Source of the DNA: a virus | Direction: 5' to 3' (one strand) | IMG/VR virus record: IMGVR_UViG_3300049893_000899 | Coordinates: 1 to 64,000 of that record | DNA: 64,000 nt | Shown here: piece after piece, positions 38,380 to 50,224 of the stretch | How positions within the stretch are numbered: position 1 is the first letter of the stretch | Layout: every line of letters begins with the position of its first letter | The notes under the pieces: model-generated | What the model saw: the letters and a program-made list of their open reading frames with translations, nothing else | Database searches by the model: none | Told to the model about the DNA's origin: nothing | Translations under genes and position numbers: made by a program

Positions 38380-39513
38380 TTATAAAGCTTTAATCCAAAG
38401 TGTAGCTGATAATGATTTAGGTGATATACCAACAGGTTGTTGAGTATAGTTCCCTTGAAATCCAGTTTCACCATTTATAGTATGGTCATGATTACCTGCA
38501 TTCTTAGTCATTGTTGCTGAAGTAGCAGTTGAAGGACCCCCTAATGACCAAGATTCAATACTAGCACCTGTTTGATTGGTATCAGCATTTCCATATCGAA
38601 ACCCTTGATGGTTATGATCCCCACTTATACCAATCTCTATATTAGCTCCATTTGCATCAACAGAGTGTTTATGTAAAGGTAATTGATTACCAGCTAACAT
38701 AACAGTATCAGACCCATCTAAAGTGCCTATTGATCCAGTATTGTATCTTAAGAATCTATCTGAGGCATTTGGCAAGTTAAACGTAGTAGTTCCATCTCCA
38801 GCCCCATAAGTAGCTCCAATAACAGCAAACAAAGCTGAATAAGTGGTTCTTGAAACAGCAGCACCATCAGCTTTAAGAAATTTACTATTTGGAGCAATTG
38901 AACCAGAGTAACTTAAATATGTTCCAACAGGAAGGAATTCAGTTATATCAATCGTTCCGCCAGACACAGTTCCTAAAGCCTCTTCAACAGCAGTAACTCT
39001 AGTGTTTAAATCTTGTATCTGATTTAATATGTCTACAATAATGTTTTGAATATTATTCAAAGAGTTTCTTAACCAAGTTGTAAAGCTTGTAGTTAATTTA
39101 ACATTAAATATGTTTCTTTTGTCGCTATTCTCAGAAACAGTATCTATTGAAACATCAACATTAAACCCAGAATAGTCTACAACATAATCTTGAGAATCAA
39201 ATACCAAGTCATCTCCCTCTACATTTGTTACTTGAGGTAATTGATGTGGCTGAACGAAAATAATTCTTTCATATACTTTATCAAGATAACTCTTAGCATT
39301 AGTATTGGTTGCAGCAATGCCTAATCCAGATAGTTCTTCTAACTTCTTAGTAGAATCATACTCTTTAGCTAAGTCGTTTACTTCTGTCTTGAAAGTAACA
39401 GAATCAACTAACTCTCTAAACGTTGTCTCGTCAGGTCTATCACCATTCAAGAATCTATTGCCTCTTTTTGTGGCCTTCTTTGTAACTTCAAAGAAATAAC
39501 TTTTTAACTTCAT
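38380..39513 (-). CDS. Tail fibre protein with phage tail-collar domain
   Basis: PVGTYLSYSG...FLKADGAAVSRTTYSALFAVIG...FNLP; H-x-H repeats; coiled coil. Confidence 0.85.
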   Translation of the reverse strand: MKLKSYFFEVTKKATKRGNRFLNGDRPDETTFRELVDSVTFKTEVNDLAKEYDSTKKLEELSGLGIAATNTNAKSYLDKVYERIIFVQPHQLPQVTNVEGDDLVFDSQDYVVDYSGFNVDVSIDTVSENSDKRNIFNVKLTTSFTTWLRNSLNNIQNIIVDILNQIQDLNTRVTAVEEALGTVSGGTIDITEFLPVGTYLSYSGSIAPNSKFLKADGAAVSRTTYSALFAVIGATYGAGDGTTTFNLPNASDRFLRYNTGSIGTLDGSDTVMLAGNQLPLHKHSVDANGANIEIGISGDHNHQGFRYGNADTNQTGASIESWSLGGPSTATSATMTKNAGNHDHTINGETGFQGNYTQQPVGISPKSLSATLWIKAL

Positions 39514-39514
39514 A

Positions 39515-40114
39515 TTAGTAATTAACTATTTTTTGTCTTATTGTACTATACTTACCTTTTTCGTGTATTACAGGCTTCTCATAAACAACGAAACTTCTCT
39601 TTCTATGTTTATGGATATGCTTAGTTATTTCGTCAATCGGGACGTTATGCTTCAACAAAAGATCAAGATATACTTGATACACATCTTTATTTATAACGTA
39701 TGACTGGCAACACAATACACCGTCTAATGTCCTTCCAAATCCACAAACAGATTCAAGACTGAACCTGTTTCCGTTTGACCAATTAAGATGAATGAAATCC
39801 CAGCCTAATCCTTTGTTAATAAACTTGTTGAAGTTTGTTATGTACTTCAAGTAGTTCTTTTCATCAATAATACTATCATCTTCAAAGATATGAATGTAAG
39901 GATATCCTTTTTCCATAGCCTCTTCAATAATGCTTATTGTGGTTAATTTAAGGCTTAAAGCTTGTTTGTTCCATCCTTCTGATGGATTCTCAACTTCTTC
40001 TTCTACTTCAACAGGTCTAACTATTTTATAAGAGAATATATTCATCCCTCTTAATTTTTCAATTAAAGGATTCAATCTATCTGTACTTTCTTCTAAACTG
40101 ATAATGTATATCAT
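39515..40114 (-). CDS. Glycosyltransferase family 25
   Basis: IYIISLEESTDR, IFEDD, SYVIN, PID. Confidence 0.8.
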   Translation of the reverse strand: MIYIISLEESTDRLNPLIEKLRGMNIFSYKIVRPVEVEEEVENPSEGWNKQALSLKLTTISIIEEAMEKGYPYIHIFEDDSIIDEKNYLKYITNFNKFINKGLGWDFIHLNWSNGNRFSLESVCGFGRTLDGVLCCQSYVINKDVYQVYLDLLLKHNVPIDEITKHIHKHRKRSFVVYEKPVIHEKGKYSTIRQKIVNY

Positions 40115-42872
40115 AATATGATTCCATTAATTAATATCACAATATCTCCAACACAACCACCTCCAGTATAAGTCATTTCTAAATTAGAAGCAGAAATATT
40201 TTTCATTGTATAAGTTGTATTATACGCGGCAGTAGTTGACTTATCAAAAGGAACTCCAGATATATTGTCAATATCTACAGTGTCAGTGTCAGGTATTCCC
40301 GGACCATTTGTTCCGTCCGTATCATAAGAGCCTTCAACTAAGGCGTAAGATCCTGGTAAATTTAAAGATGGATTTAAAACTGTTTCAGTAGAACCATCAT
40401 TTTCTCCAAGCAGATCATTAAAATTAAACACTCCTGTTGAAGCTAGGTTTGAATTGCTTTTTAATAAGAAAACAATCTTATCAGGCTTTATATATGTTTT
40501 ACCATCAAAATTAATTGGCATAACTTCAAAAGCAGGCATAACAAAGTCTGTAAAATTCTTTGTTGTCAACTCTATTTTAGTTGTAAATGAATTGCCATTA
40601 ACAGATGTATTACAGCTTATCTTGCAGTTAATATCTTCATAATTATTAATAAAACTTGTTCTCCAAAGACTGTCAGCTAAAGTTTCAATAGACTCTCTAA
40701 CGTCAATAGCTTTAACTTGTTTTGTTGAGTTAGGAAATATTTTACCGTATAGGTAAGTTTTAAATTCTTCAAATGTATTTTTTTTCATATCTTAATTATT
40801 AAATTCTTCACTAAAGTCGTCGTTGAAATCCCCAAGTATATTTATAGCAACATCTTCACAAGAACCAACTATGAAAGCTATTTCGTCATCATCTTCATTG
40901 ATAGACATGTTGCCAATGCCTTGACATCCTTCAATACATAAATCAGTCGTAAGCTCTACTTGGTATATATCTAGTAACGCGTCAAATATGCGTTCATAAG
41001 GAACGCCATACTTTACAGATAAACAAACTATATTCTTTCTTACGCAAGCTATATCGAATCCATCTGTCAAAACTTCTGTATTACAGCCATAAAGGAAAGC
41101 AGATCTCTCAATCTTAAACTTAATCATTCTAACATAGTAATGAATGAGAGTAAGATATCCTATAGCTTCGTATTTAACGACAGACTTGTTTATTTTCCCT
41201 AGCTTATCTAAACCGTAAGCTTCAGACAAGATTAAATCAGAATACTCTTGAAGCAACGTTGTAGCTGCATCAAAGTATTCTTCATCACTTGTTACAGGAA
41301 GATACTTTTGGCTATGTACTTTTAAGCTCATTTGCAACCACAGTTTTTAGTTTTAGACTTAGTGTTTACTGTATTCTTACCGTTGCAGTCCATTCTCTTA
41401 CATACCTCAGACAATTTAGCCAAAATATCTTTAGCTTCAGTAATCTTACTAATTAAAGAGTCTTCAATAGCAGTATAGAAATTGTTCAAGTAATAAAATG
41501 AATGTATCTTTTCAAAGAACAAGTTACTCAATGTAATCAATCTCATTGAAGCTAATTGTTTCTCTAAAGTAGAATTACATCCGCAATTAGTTCCACATAT
41601 AGCTTCTTCTATTGAAGTTGTAATACAATCTTCAATAGCGCAGAAATTAGTAACTATAAAGATCTGTACTGCATCTTGATTGTTTTCAGTATACTTACAC
41701 TCAACTTTATAGATTCCTGTTGTTATAGAGAAGTTTATTTTTGTTTTTGAAGCTAAATCAAATTCACTAACAACAACACCTTCAAAATCACTTATAGAAA
41801 CTTCAACAGATTTATTTGTAGAGTAGTTTATGATATTGAATGAATCACAGATAGTCGATTGTTCAATCTTCAAGAAGTTCAATCCTTCAATAAGATATTC
41901 AGAAGAATAACTACATCCACATTCTAAATCGTTTATTGTAGCCTTAATAGTGTAGTCCCCGATCTTCTTAATATCAAAGTAAAGACTTACATCTAATCCA
42001 TCAACACCTAAAGGAAATTCATCCTGAAGCAAGTCTACATTGTTTCCGTTGTTCTTAACTTCCCAAGTTAAAGTATATCTATCTAAAGGAATAGCTTCAA
42101 CAAAAGTAATTGTAGGAACAATATGAACTTCTTCTCCAAGTGCGAATCCACAAGAATTAGAAGCGTTTAAAGGACAGTCAGAGGTTAAAACTATTGAAGG
42201 CCTGTATTCTTCTATTAATAAGTTTGAAGCTACATCTAATCCCAAATAAACAGATTGTTCGTCTACTTCTCCAGAAACAGTATTACCTTCTATTGTTGTA
42301 GCAAAATACTGATCCCATAGTTTAGCGTAAGTAGTAACAACAGAATCCCCATTCTCTCCTTCGCATCCACAGCCAACACCAGCGTTTCCTGGTAATACTT
42401 CAGTAGTTAGATCGTAAGCAACAGCTTCAACCTTAATCTGTAATTCAGTAGGATTGCAAGGCTCTAAAGTGAAAGACTTTCCTTTAGCTTTGCTCTTGTT
42501 GTCTATAAACCAAAATACATCAGCATCAATGTTTGAATTGTAATAGAAGTCAACATCAAAAGAACAAGGATTTTTAAACGAGAAAAACCCAGGATAAGGC
42601 TTCTTGTATTCAGGATCAGAAACAAGTAATTGAGGGGCAAAATCAATAACAATCTCATTATCTACATCATAAACATTTGCAACAGTAACATCGTAAGGTG
42701 TATATCCTGTTTTGTTTATGGATATTGTCAATGAAGAATTATCTTCTAAAGTAAAGCTCAAAGGGCCAACAAATGGTACAGCACCACCAACAACTATTCC
42801 GTTTATGGCTATGTCTTCAAGGTTTATTGAAGCAGGCAAGCCTAGTGTCGTTATATTTAAACTTAAATTCAT
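40111..42872 (-). CDS. Three putative virion structural proteins (40111-40788, 40792-41337, 41328-42872)
   Basis: Late block; acidic and beta-rich; 40792 ends GDFNDDFSEEFNN; 41328 is Cys-rich with Ig/PKD-like segments. Confidence 0.55.
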
Positions 42873-43509
42873 ATATTCGTTAATATTAATAGTATCGCCA
42901 ATAAAGAAGAAACTACAGTTAATTTAACCGTAGTTTTCTTTCTTTTAATTTCTTCGTTCTTAATCTGAACGTTTTTAATTTTGATTAAGTCAGAATAGTA
43001 ACAGTTAACACTATCTGTTTTTCTGTTCAACAACTCATTGTTCATCTTAAGATAGATCAAAGTGTCCCTTATTATAGATAAATTCTTCTCGCATTTATAA
43101 TAATAAGTAAACTTATCAATGTCCATTGTAACCTTATCACACCCTACAGTATCATATTTAATGAAACTACATTGAGAATAAGAACTTATCGAAATAAGTA
43201 ATGCTAATATTGTTGTTGTTTTAACCATTCTATCGCTTCTTTTTTGTCTTCTACTGTAATTTTAACTCTTGTAAGTTCAATTGCTTTATCTATTATTGAG
43301 TCGTTCTTTGAACTCAATTTAGATATATCAATCTTTAATCTGTCAATTTTAGCTTGTTGTTTAATAGTAATCATATACAAGCTGTCCGCCTGACTAGCAT
43401 TATCATCTGATATTTCTTTAAGCTTCTTTGTTTCGTAAAAGAATAAGCTAGCAAATACTAACATTAAAACGAAAAGAATCAGATCAATATATGAGAATTT
43501 AAACGTCAT
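42869..43509 (-). CDS. Two overlapping spanin-like proteins (42869-43228, 43204-43509)
   Basis: Signal/TM segments plus coiled coils, next to holin and lysin candidates. Confidence 0.45.
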
Positions 43510-43515
43510 AACAAG

Positions 43516-43734
43516 TTACTTTTCAGATCCACCAATAATTTTGTGTAGTATCTTATTAACTATAGAATCTTTAGACACAACTAAAGATAGACCTATAAGG
43601 AATAATACTAACTGAACAGAAACAAGTTGCATGTCTTTTCTATCTGTCCAAATCATAGCTCCAGAAAAACAAAGTAGAGATATTCCTACTATTGTTGTTA
43701 TTGGGCCGTTTTTAATGTTTTCAATTAATTTCAT
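43516..43734 (-). CDS. Putative holin
   Basis: 72 aa with two TM helices, in the lysis cluster. Confidence 0.55.
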   Translation of the reverse strand: MKLIENIKNGPITTIVGISLLCFSGAMIWTDRKDMQLVSVQLVLFLIGLSLVVSKDSIVNKILHKIIGGSEK

Positions 43735-43745
43735 AGTTGTTTTTT

Positions 43746-44375
43746 TTAAAGACCTATTGATTCTTTCATTATATATTCTATTGCCTGAACAGATCTGCTC
43801 ATTAGCTGTAATTCTTTAACTGTAAATTTATGTTTATCATTATATGATACAATACAAAATCCATTTATATTTCCATTAATATACAACGGAAGATAAACAA
43901 TGCCTTTCTTTTTAACTTTATCTCCAACCCATCTCAATAAAGGATCTTCATCTTTAGATAAGTCCTCTCTAAAAAACCAACCGTATTCTTTCATTTCAAG
44001 AACATATTCAGCATAAGGCTCTAATTGTTCTCCTACAAATTCTTGATGCCCAACAAATGTTTTATCATCGTAAGTAACAAGAGTAAATCTTTTTAAATGG
44101 ATGTTGTCACCAGTAACCAATCCGTTATGTATATGGAAAACAGAAACATTATCAGCCTTGAAGTCTTCTCTGATGTTTTTACAAACCTTCTTAATCTTAA
44201 CTGAATTTTTAAGATAAGCATCTATATTGCTTTTCTTTTTCATTGAAGAAAGACCATAATAAGAAAAGGCTCCAATAAAAAATATCAGAACCATTAATGC
44301 CCATCTTTTAATTTTACCTCCCTCTGGCTTGAGGGAGATAATAAAACTTATTAATCCAGAAAACAAAGTTTCCAT
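43746..44375 (-). CDS. TM plus GAF-like domain protein (T4 holin T-like architecture)
   Basis: One TM, then ADNVSVFHIHNG...IVYLPL...GFCIVSY...FTVKELQLM. Confidence 0.5.
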   Translation of the reverse strand: METLFSGLISFIISLKPEGGKIKRWALMVLIFFIGAFSYYGLSSMKKKSNIDAYLKNSVKIKKVCKNIREDFKADNVSVFHIHNGLVTGDNIHLKRFTLVTYDDKTFVGHQEFVGEQLEPYAEYVLEMKEYGWFFREDLSKDEDPLLRWVGDKVKKKGIVYLPLYINGNINGFCIVSYNDKHKFTVKELQLMSRSVQAIEYIMKESIGL

Positions 44376-44380
44376 TTTTA

Positions 44381-44965
44381 TTAGAACTCTTTTAATATAG
44401 TAATAGTAACAAACTTTTGTCCTTTCGTCAATCCTATTATTCTTTCATAGTCCCATTCTACATTACAAACCATACATCCGTATGACCATGCTCCAATAAG
44501 TTTCTGAACTATAGATTTAACCTTATCGAATAATCCATTATACGAGTTATAATGAAAATTGGTGTTTCTAATTATTAATTCTGGAGTTCCTAACTCTTCT
44601 GCAATACTATTATTGTTGTTGTCAGAGTAAGTTAAGATAGGTTTAACCTGTCTTAATGCTGGCATCTTTCCATTGTGTAAGCCATAAGAAAAAGCCTTAT
44701 ACATAATCTGATTAGACTTAATTACAGCAGCACCTTTCTTGTTAACCTTCTTCCAACCGCCTAATAACGCTGGAGTCCCTGGTCTAGTAGTACATGTTGT
44801 AGCAAGAACAAATTCTTTATTTTTAAACAAATAACACTTATCTTCAAACACATTCGGAGTCTGTGTTTCTTTTCTAACAAGTATTAAATGGTAATCATCT
44901 GGAAACCCTACAAATTCAGGTAGGGATTCCATTTTACCAAGAAGTTCATTATCGTTGTATGTCAT
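44381..44965 (-). CDS. Putative endolysin with L,D-transpeptidase (YkuD)-like catalytic motif
   Basis: CTTRPG and NFH...GAWSYGCMV (H...SxGC). Confidence 0.6.
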   Translation of the reverse strand: MTYNDNELLGKMESLPEFVGFPDDYHLILVRKETQTPNVFEDKCYLFKNKEFVLATTCTTRPGTPALLGGWKKVNKKGAAVIKSNQIMYKAFSYGLHNGKMPALRQVKPILTYSDNNNNSIAEELGTPELIIRNTNFHYNSYNGLFDKVKSIVQKLIGAWSYGCMVCNVEWDYERIIGLTKGQKFVTITILKEF

Positions 44966-45182
44966 CTTCTTTGTTAATTAACTTTTCTTCAATCTTTCCT
45001 GATAAATTCAACAAAGCCAACTTAGTTCCTTTGTTTTGCATTCCAATTGTAGATACTTGTTTATCTGCAATATTTAAGCATTCTAAAATAATGCCTAATT
45101 CTTGTTTAGTAAAATCAAATGAAATGAAATCTTCTGGATTCATTTTTGACTCAACAACTTGTTCTTTTACTTGATCTTCCAT
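44949..45182 (-). CDS. Hypothetical protein
   Basis: Coupled ORF. Confidence 0.5.
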   Translation of the reverse strand: MEDQVKEQVVESKMNPEDFISFDFTKQELGIILECLNIADKQVSTIGMQNKGTKLALLNLSGKIEEKLINKEDDIQR

Positions 45183-46119
45183 AATCGTATGTTTCTTTTA
45201 ATGTTTTAGCGTACAATTTACCAATTTTATACAGATTTTCTGTCTTTTTAGGAGAAAAATTAAAGGCATTTGAATAATACTCTCTTTTCATCCAATATAT
45301 ATTGACTTTAACTCCTTTGATTTTAGCTAAAGAAAGCCCTAAAACTAAAGAGCTAACATCTGAATCATCATATACTCCTCTTAACACATTTAGTATTTTA
45401 GAGAATATGTTTTTAGCCTTTGTATTGTATTTAGAATCTTCTGGAGCTATGTATTTAGCTTCATCTCCACTAAGCAACTCCATTCTCTTGATCATATCAT
45501 ATATCCTTTTTGACTTAGGAGAATGCATAAACACATCAATTTCAGTACATCCTTGTAATACAGCTTCAGCAATACCAACGCCTTCAGATATACCTCCATC
45601 AGAAGTGTCTCTACCATATAGAGTTGTAGCTGTCATTATTATCGGAACAGCAGTAGAAGAAAATACGGCTTGTTTATACTCTTCAAATCCAGAATTAATA
45701 CCAATCCATTCTATTGAAGCAGAATCATCAAAATGAACACCAACATCTGCTTTGATATTCTTGCTTATAGCTTCATTAAACAGGTCTTTAGTTATTTTGG
45801 CGTCTATTATATTTTTCAAGTTATTATGTTGACCAACACTGTTTCTGCCTTTAATTATAGAGAATACAGAGTGAAACAATATCTTTTTGAAAGAGAACTT
45901 TCCTTTTTTATTCAATAGATTAATGTTGTATATCCCATTATTATCTACAAGATAAGACGAATATAGTTCATCAAACTTCTCCATTTGATACATTAACACT
46001 ATCAACGCTCCAGTAGATACACCGTTTGCGTAATCGTACTTAGGTCTCCCGAGAGCATCTAATACCCCGAGAGTATGGGGGCCATCTGCCCCACCTCCTG
46101 AAATAACTAATCCTTTCAT
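45151..46119 (-). CDS. Patatin-like phospholipase
   Basis: ISGGGADG, GVSTG, DGG; start at MKGLVISGGG (46119), just after the upstream stop. Confidence 0.88.
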   Translation of the reverse strand: MKGLVISGGGADGPHTLGVLDALGRPKYDYANGVSTGALIVLMYQMEKFDELYSSYLVDNNGIYNINLLNKKGKFSFKKILFHSVFSIIKGRNSVGQHNNLKNIIDAKITKDLFNEAISKNIKADVGVHFDDSASIEWIGINSGFEEYKQAVFSSTAVPIIMTATTLYGRDTSDGGISEGVGIAEAVLQGCTEIDVFMHSPKSKRIYDMIKRMELLSGDEAKYIAPEDSKYNTKAKNIFSKILNVLRGVYDDSDVSSLVLGLSLAKIKGVKVNIYWMKREYYSNAFNFSPKKTENLYKIGKLYAKTLKETYDYGRSSKRTSC

Positions 46120-46120
46120 A

Positions 46121-48667
46121 TTAAGACTTTGCTGCGCAATAAATATTATATGATGAACCTGTAAATCCCGATAAGTTAGCAGGCATCCCTGACGGTGATC
46201 CTGAAACGAATTTACTTTTTGATATAGCGGCATCACTTGCTGCTGTTGTTTGAGCAAAAGTACAAGCACCAACTCCTTCTAATACTGCAAACCAATAAGA
46301 CACACCAGCGGTAAGAGTAACAGAGCTACATGCTCCTGATGCAAATCCAACAGCATTTGTTGAAGCTGATGCAGATGCTAGTAATGTATTTCCGTCAGCA
46401 CTATAAATACCTAAATAAACAGTTGAAGCTGACAAAGATTTTACAAATGTATTAATAGATGTAATAGTTACCGTCTTATCTGCTACAACCAAAGAAGCAT
46501 AACAAGTGCCACTAAGAGCAACCCCTGTGCTACTCATTGTAATAGGATAGTTAGATATTGAACCAGCGGAAGAGCCTCCTGACACAGTCTTTAATCCTAC
46601 TTTACCTGTTGTGTTGTCATAATAATAAACTTTACCATCATCACTCAATGTAGGATTCAATGCAGTAGTATCAAGCTCTTTCTGACCAATACCGAAAGAA
46701 TAGTGCCATGCAGTTCCGTTGTAGAATTGATGTTTGTTTGTGTTGTATCGTATTGCCCCTGCTGTTGTGGTTGTACTATCGCCCACAACCATAGCTTTAT
46801 TAGTGTTTAATCCTATTTGACCAGTAGATGTTAATTGTAGTAAACCAGTTGTTGTGCTGAAATTTAAAACGTTACTACTTAGGTCGTCACTCCACACTCT
46901 AAAACCTTGTTGAGCTACTACTGTAACAGGCTGACCGTTAAATAAGGCTACTATGTTGCCATAAGTACCACCATGCCCCTGCCCCCATAAACGTAGAGTT
47001 CTAGTGCCTAACACATTAAGGTTGGTCTCTGTATTATTAGATGTTATATTAAATAATTCGCTTGTACCTACTCCGTTCCAAAAACGCAATCTTGAATCGG
47101 CACCATTTGCGCCTATTGAAACCTCGGCATTTGAACCTAACAACTTAGACTCAAACGCTACCCTCGCCCCTGTACCTGCTAAATCTTCGACGTATAAATG
47201 TCTGTTTGTAGTAACAGTTTGGGATTTAGATATTCTAACATCACCAGTAAACGGCATATTTGAGCCGTCTAATTTCGCATAACCATTAAGCAAACTTTTA
47301 ACTGATCTAAATGAAGGTATGTAATTATCATCTAGTGTTATAGTGTTTTCTTTAGCTATCGCATTAGTGTCGTACCTTAAAAGACCGCTTTTAGTGTAGA
47401 TATAATCAGCATCAACAGAATCATCAAACTGAAAGCCGAATCCATTCGATACAATACCTAAATAAGACCTAACATAATTACCAGTATCACCACCATCTAG
47501 CTCTACGAAGCTTTGCATCTCGGTTGAATAAGTTGTGGCTAAAGCATCAACCTTCTGGGAAGCAAAACCAAACTCACCAAATTGAACATCAAGACCGTTT
47601 GACGAGTGAGTCCTAGTTACCTGAAATTCTGAATCATTAAATGAAAAAGTAGATGTATATCCATTTTTAAATAAAATTCCATTTATCCCATTTGTAGTAT
47701 CTATTCCTAAATTTCCACTAACGCCAGTATCAGTAATAGAAAAAGAAGCGTTTGTTTTTGCTCTTGCTATAAAAGTGCCTAATCTAGTCCCAGTAGTATT
47801 TCCTCCTAAAGAAAGAGTAAACGTTCCGTTGCTATTTAGAGTGGTGTTTTTAGTTAATGCGTTTGTGCCTCCAAATTCAACAACTCCAGAAACATTTGTC
47901 AATCCATTTGTGAATGTAGGCATTGAAACACTTGCCAAGTCATACTTGCCAGCGGTGTTGTCCCATACTAAGAATTTGCCGTTTTCTGTTAAAGTAGGTG
48001 ATAAGGCGGCATTTGTTAATTCCTTAGTCCCTAAGTATCCTTGTAACTGAATAATCCCATCTGCGTCTTGAAACGTTTGTGTTCTTGCAGGGCCAGCAAG
48101 TGTCATGTCGAAAAACATTCTCTGTCCAACCCCTTTATTATAGAACATTAATCCGTTTCTTAATCCTATCTGTCCATTTCCAGAACCTCCTTGTAATTTC
48201 GTAACATTGTATGTTCCATCGTGTTGCTCAACATACAAACCGCCTCCATTATTATACGTAAATGCCCCACCTAACAAAGGCGTTGAATTATCTGGCAGTC
48301 GTAATTGACCATCGGTAAAATCTATAGTAAACCCAAAATTACCAGCAGATATGATTGTATCCTTAGTTAATGGGCCTTCAAGTCTAACAATACCACCAGA
48401 TTCGGTTAATGCATTTTCAAACGTGAAAGAAGTTCCTGCGCTAAATTCAACTAAATTTCCATTAGCAACACCATCTTTATACCAATACTTCTTATCACCT
48501 GATCCATCGTTAATAACAACAGTAAGACCTCTATATCTAAATGACAAAGGTATTGTATTATTAGCTTCTGTTACTGAGGCGTATGGAGTATAATCAGAAC
48601 GAAGCGACTTAGCTTCCGAAGGCTTCCCTGAATTTATATATATATTATCACTTAATGCTATTGCCAT
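46121..48667 (-). CDS. Tail fibre / receptor-binding protein
   Basis: 848 aa, G/T/S/N-rich, internal repeats, RYRGLTV N-terminal module. Confidence 0.7.
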   Translation of the reverse strand: MAIALSDNIYINSGKPSEAKSLRSDYTPYASVTEANNTIPLSFRYRGLTVVINDGSGDKKYWYKDGVANGNLVEFSAGTSFTFENALTESGGIVRLEGPLTKDTIISAGNFGFTIDFTDGQLRLPDNSTPLLGGAFTYNNGGGLYVEQHDGTYNVTKLQGGSGNGQIGLRNGLMFYNKGVGQRMFFDMTLAGPARTQTFQDADGIIQLQGYLGTKELTNAALSPTLTENGKFLVWDNTAGKYDLASVSMPTFTNGLTNVSGVVEFGGTNALTKNTTLNSNGTFTLSLGGNTTGTRLGTFIARAKTNASFSITDTGVSGNLGIDTTNGINGILFKNGYTSTFSFNDSEFQVTRTHSSNGLDVQFGEFGFASQKVDALATTYSTEMQSFVELDGGDTGNYVRSYLGIVSNGFGFQFDDSVDADYIYTKSGLLRYDTNAIAKENTITLDDNYIPSFRSVKSLLNGYAKLDGSNMPFTGDVRISKSQTVTTNRHLYVEDLAGTGARVAFESKLLGSNAEVSIGANGADSRLRFWNGVGTSELFNITSNNTETNLNVLGTRTLRLWGQGHGGTYGNIVALFNGQPVTVVAQQGFRVWSDDLSSNVLNFSTTTGLLQLTSTGQIGLNTNKAMVVGDSTTTTAGAIRYNTNKHQFYNGTAWHYSFGIGQKELDTTALNPTLSDDGKVYYYDNTTGKVGLKTVSGGSSAGSISNYPITMSSTGVALSGTCYASLVVADKTVTITSINTFVKSLSASTVYLGIYSADGNTLLASASASTNAVGFASGACSSVTLTAGVSYWFAVLEGVGACTFAQTTAASDAAISKSKFVSGSPSGMPANLSGFTGSSYNIYCAAKS

Positions 48668-48669
48668 GA

Positions 48670-50206
48670 TTAACTATTTTTTAATTGCATTGATAATGTT
48701 TGTTCTGACTGTAAATTACTGATATAAACTTTGTAACTTATTCCATTCCACATAGAGGTAGGGCTATCTATTGATAAGACTGTTGCAGACGGAAACAGAG
48801 TAGTTGCGTTAAGTATATCGCCTTTATCAAGCTCTGTAACATACCACTTAGTCTTGCTTGTTGAAGTAGAAGGTATTGCAAACCAAATGTAATCATCTGA
48901 CGTACTATTGAAATCTATTGTTATTGTTCCAGTAGATGAAGCTACAACCTTAGTTCCTGAATTAATCAATGCTTGATTAGCAGAAGGCCTATTTACACTA
49001 GCAGCAGCCCCACCAGAAGATACTTTGCCATAGAAGTAAGGATAAATACTATTTACAGTAAAAGTCCTTGTGAACTCAACAGATTGCGTGTTTGTTGCTC
49101 TAATTTCCCAATCCTGAGAAATAGGAGATGTATTTGTTATTGTTCCTATTCCAAGCGCCTCACTACCGTCATTATCAAGCCCAAAAATAAGGAATGTGTT
49201 TGAATCTAAGTCTTTAATACTTATAGATGCAGGAGCTATGTTTCCATTGTTTGTAGTTGTCCAAGTGAATGTTTTGCTTCCTGATAAAACAGTTCCAACT
49301 TCTATTGTTGTAGCTTGTCCAGTAATACTGAAAGCTGAAAACGTAGGGTTCTGATAAACAACGAGCATCTTCTCGAAAATCTCATTTGCCGTCTTACCTG
49401 TAAGAACATATCCAGCAGGTACTCCACCAACAGCAATAGTAGAAGGAGAGGCAAGGTCATAAACGCTACCACTACCATATACGAATTTGTTTTGTGTTTT
49501 ATCCCAAACAATTGTTTTACCATCCTCAGCGGCAGTAGGAGAGTCAATGTCCTTGCCTCTTAGCTGAGTTTCTAAAGCAAGGCGTATCCCTGAAATTAAC
49601 TCAGGGATAACACCAAATTTCCATTTGCCAAATATTTTCATATTATGATAATGTTATTTCTTGTGTTCTAAAAATACTGAATTTAAACATATCCTTCAAT
49701 GAAGGCATAACATTCAATGCGTAGAAGTCAACCTCGTTGATATAAAGAGGATTTCCTTGTTCATCAACTTTTACAGTTCCAACAAGTTCTTGATTAATAA
49801 CTTCTGTGTTGTCTTCATTATATTCAGGCTGAACTAAAGCAATATTTGCTCCAACAACAACAGGTACTCCAGTAGTAGCAAAAGCATCTAAATCAACATA
49901 CTTTTCAGTTGTTGCAACTGCTGGTCTATAAGTACGAGGATCATCGTTTGAGTTTACTTGTAGTTGCCAAACTCCACCACCCCATACGCCATCTGTTTTA
50001 ACTCCTCCAACATAAAGCTCTGTCTTCTGAATGTTTTCAATTTTCTTAGTATCTGCGTTTGAACTAAATGCGGTCATGTGCGTTCTCATTAACACTATAC
50101 CATTTAATTCATACTCTACAGTTACTATTTGAGTAGCATTTGATTTCTCTACAAACTGACCATTAACGATTTCACTATAATAGTCTCTTACATAAATTTT
50201 AGCCAT
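48670..50206 (-). CDS. Tail-associated proteins (48670-49641, 49643-50206)
   Basis: Composition and context; the first shares a repeat motif with 46121-48667. Confidence 0.55.
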
Positions 50207-50224
50207 ATATTTTTTAATTAATTT

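Noticed and set aside
46120-46272. N-terminal 51 aa of the ORF-track patatin
   Set aside because: Overlaps the upstream fibre gene out of frame; MKGLVISGGG at 46119 is the more plausible start.
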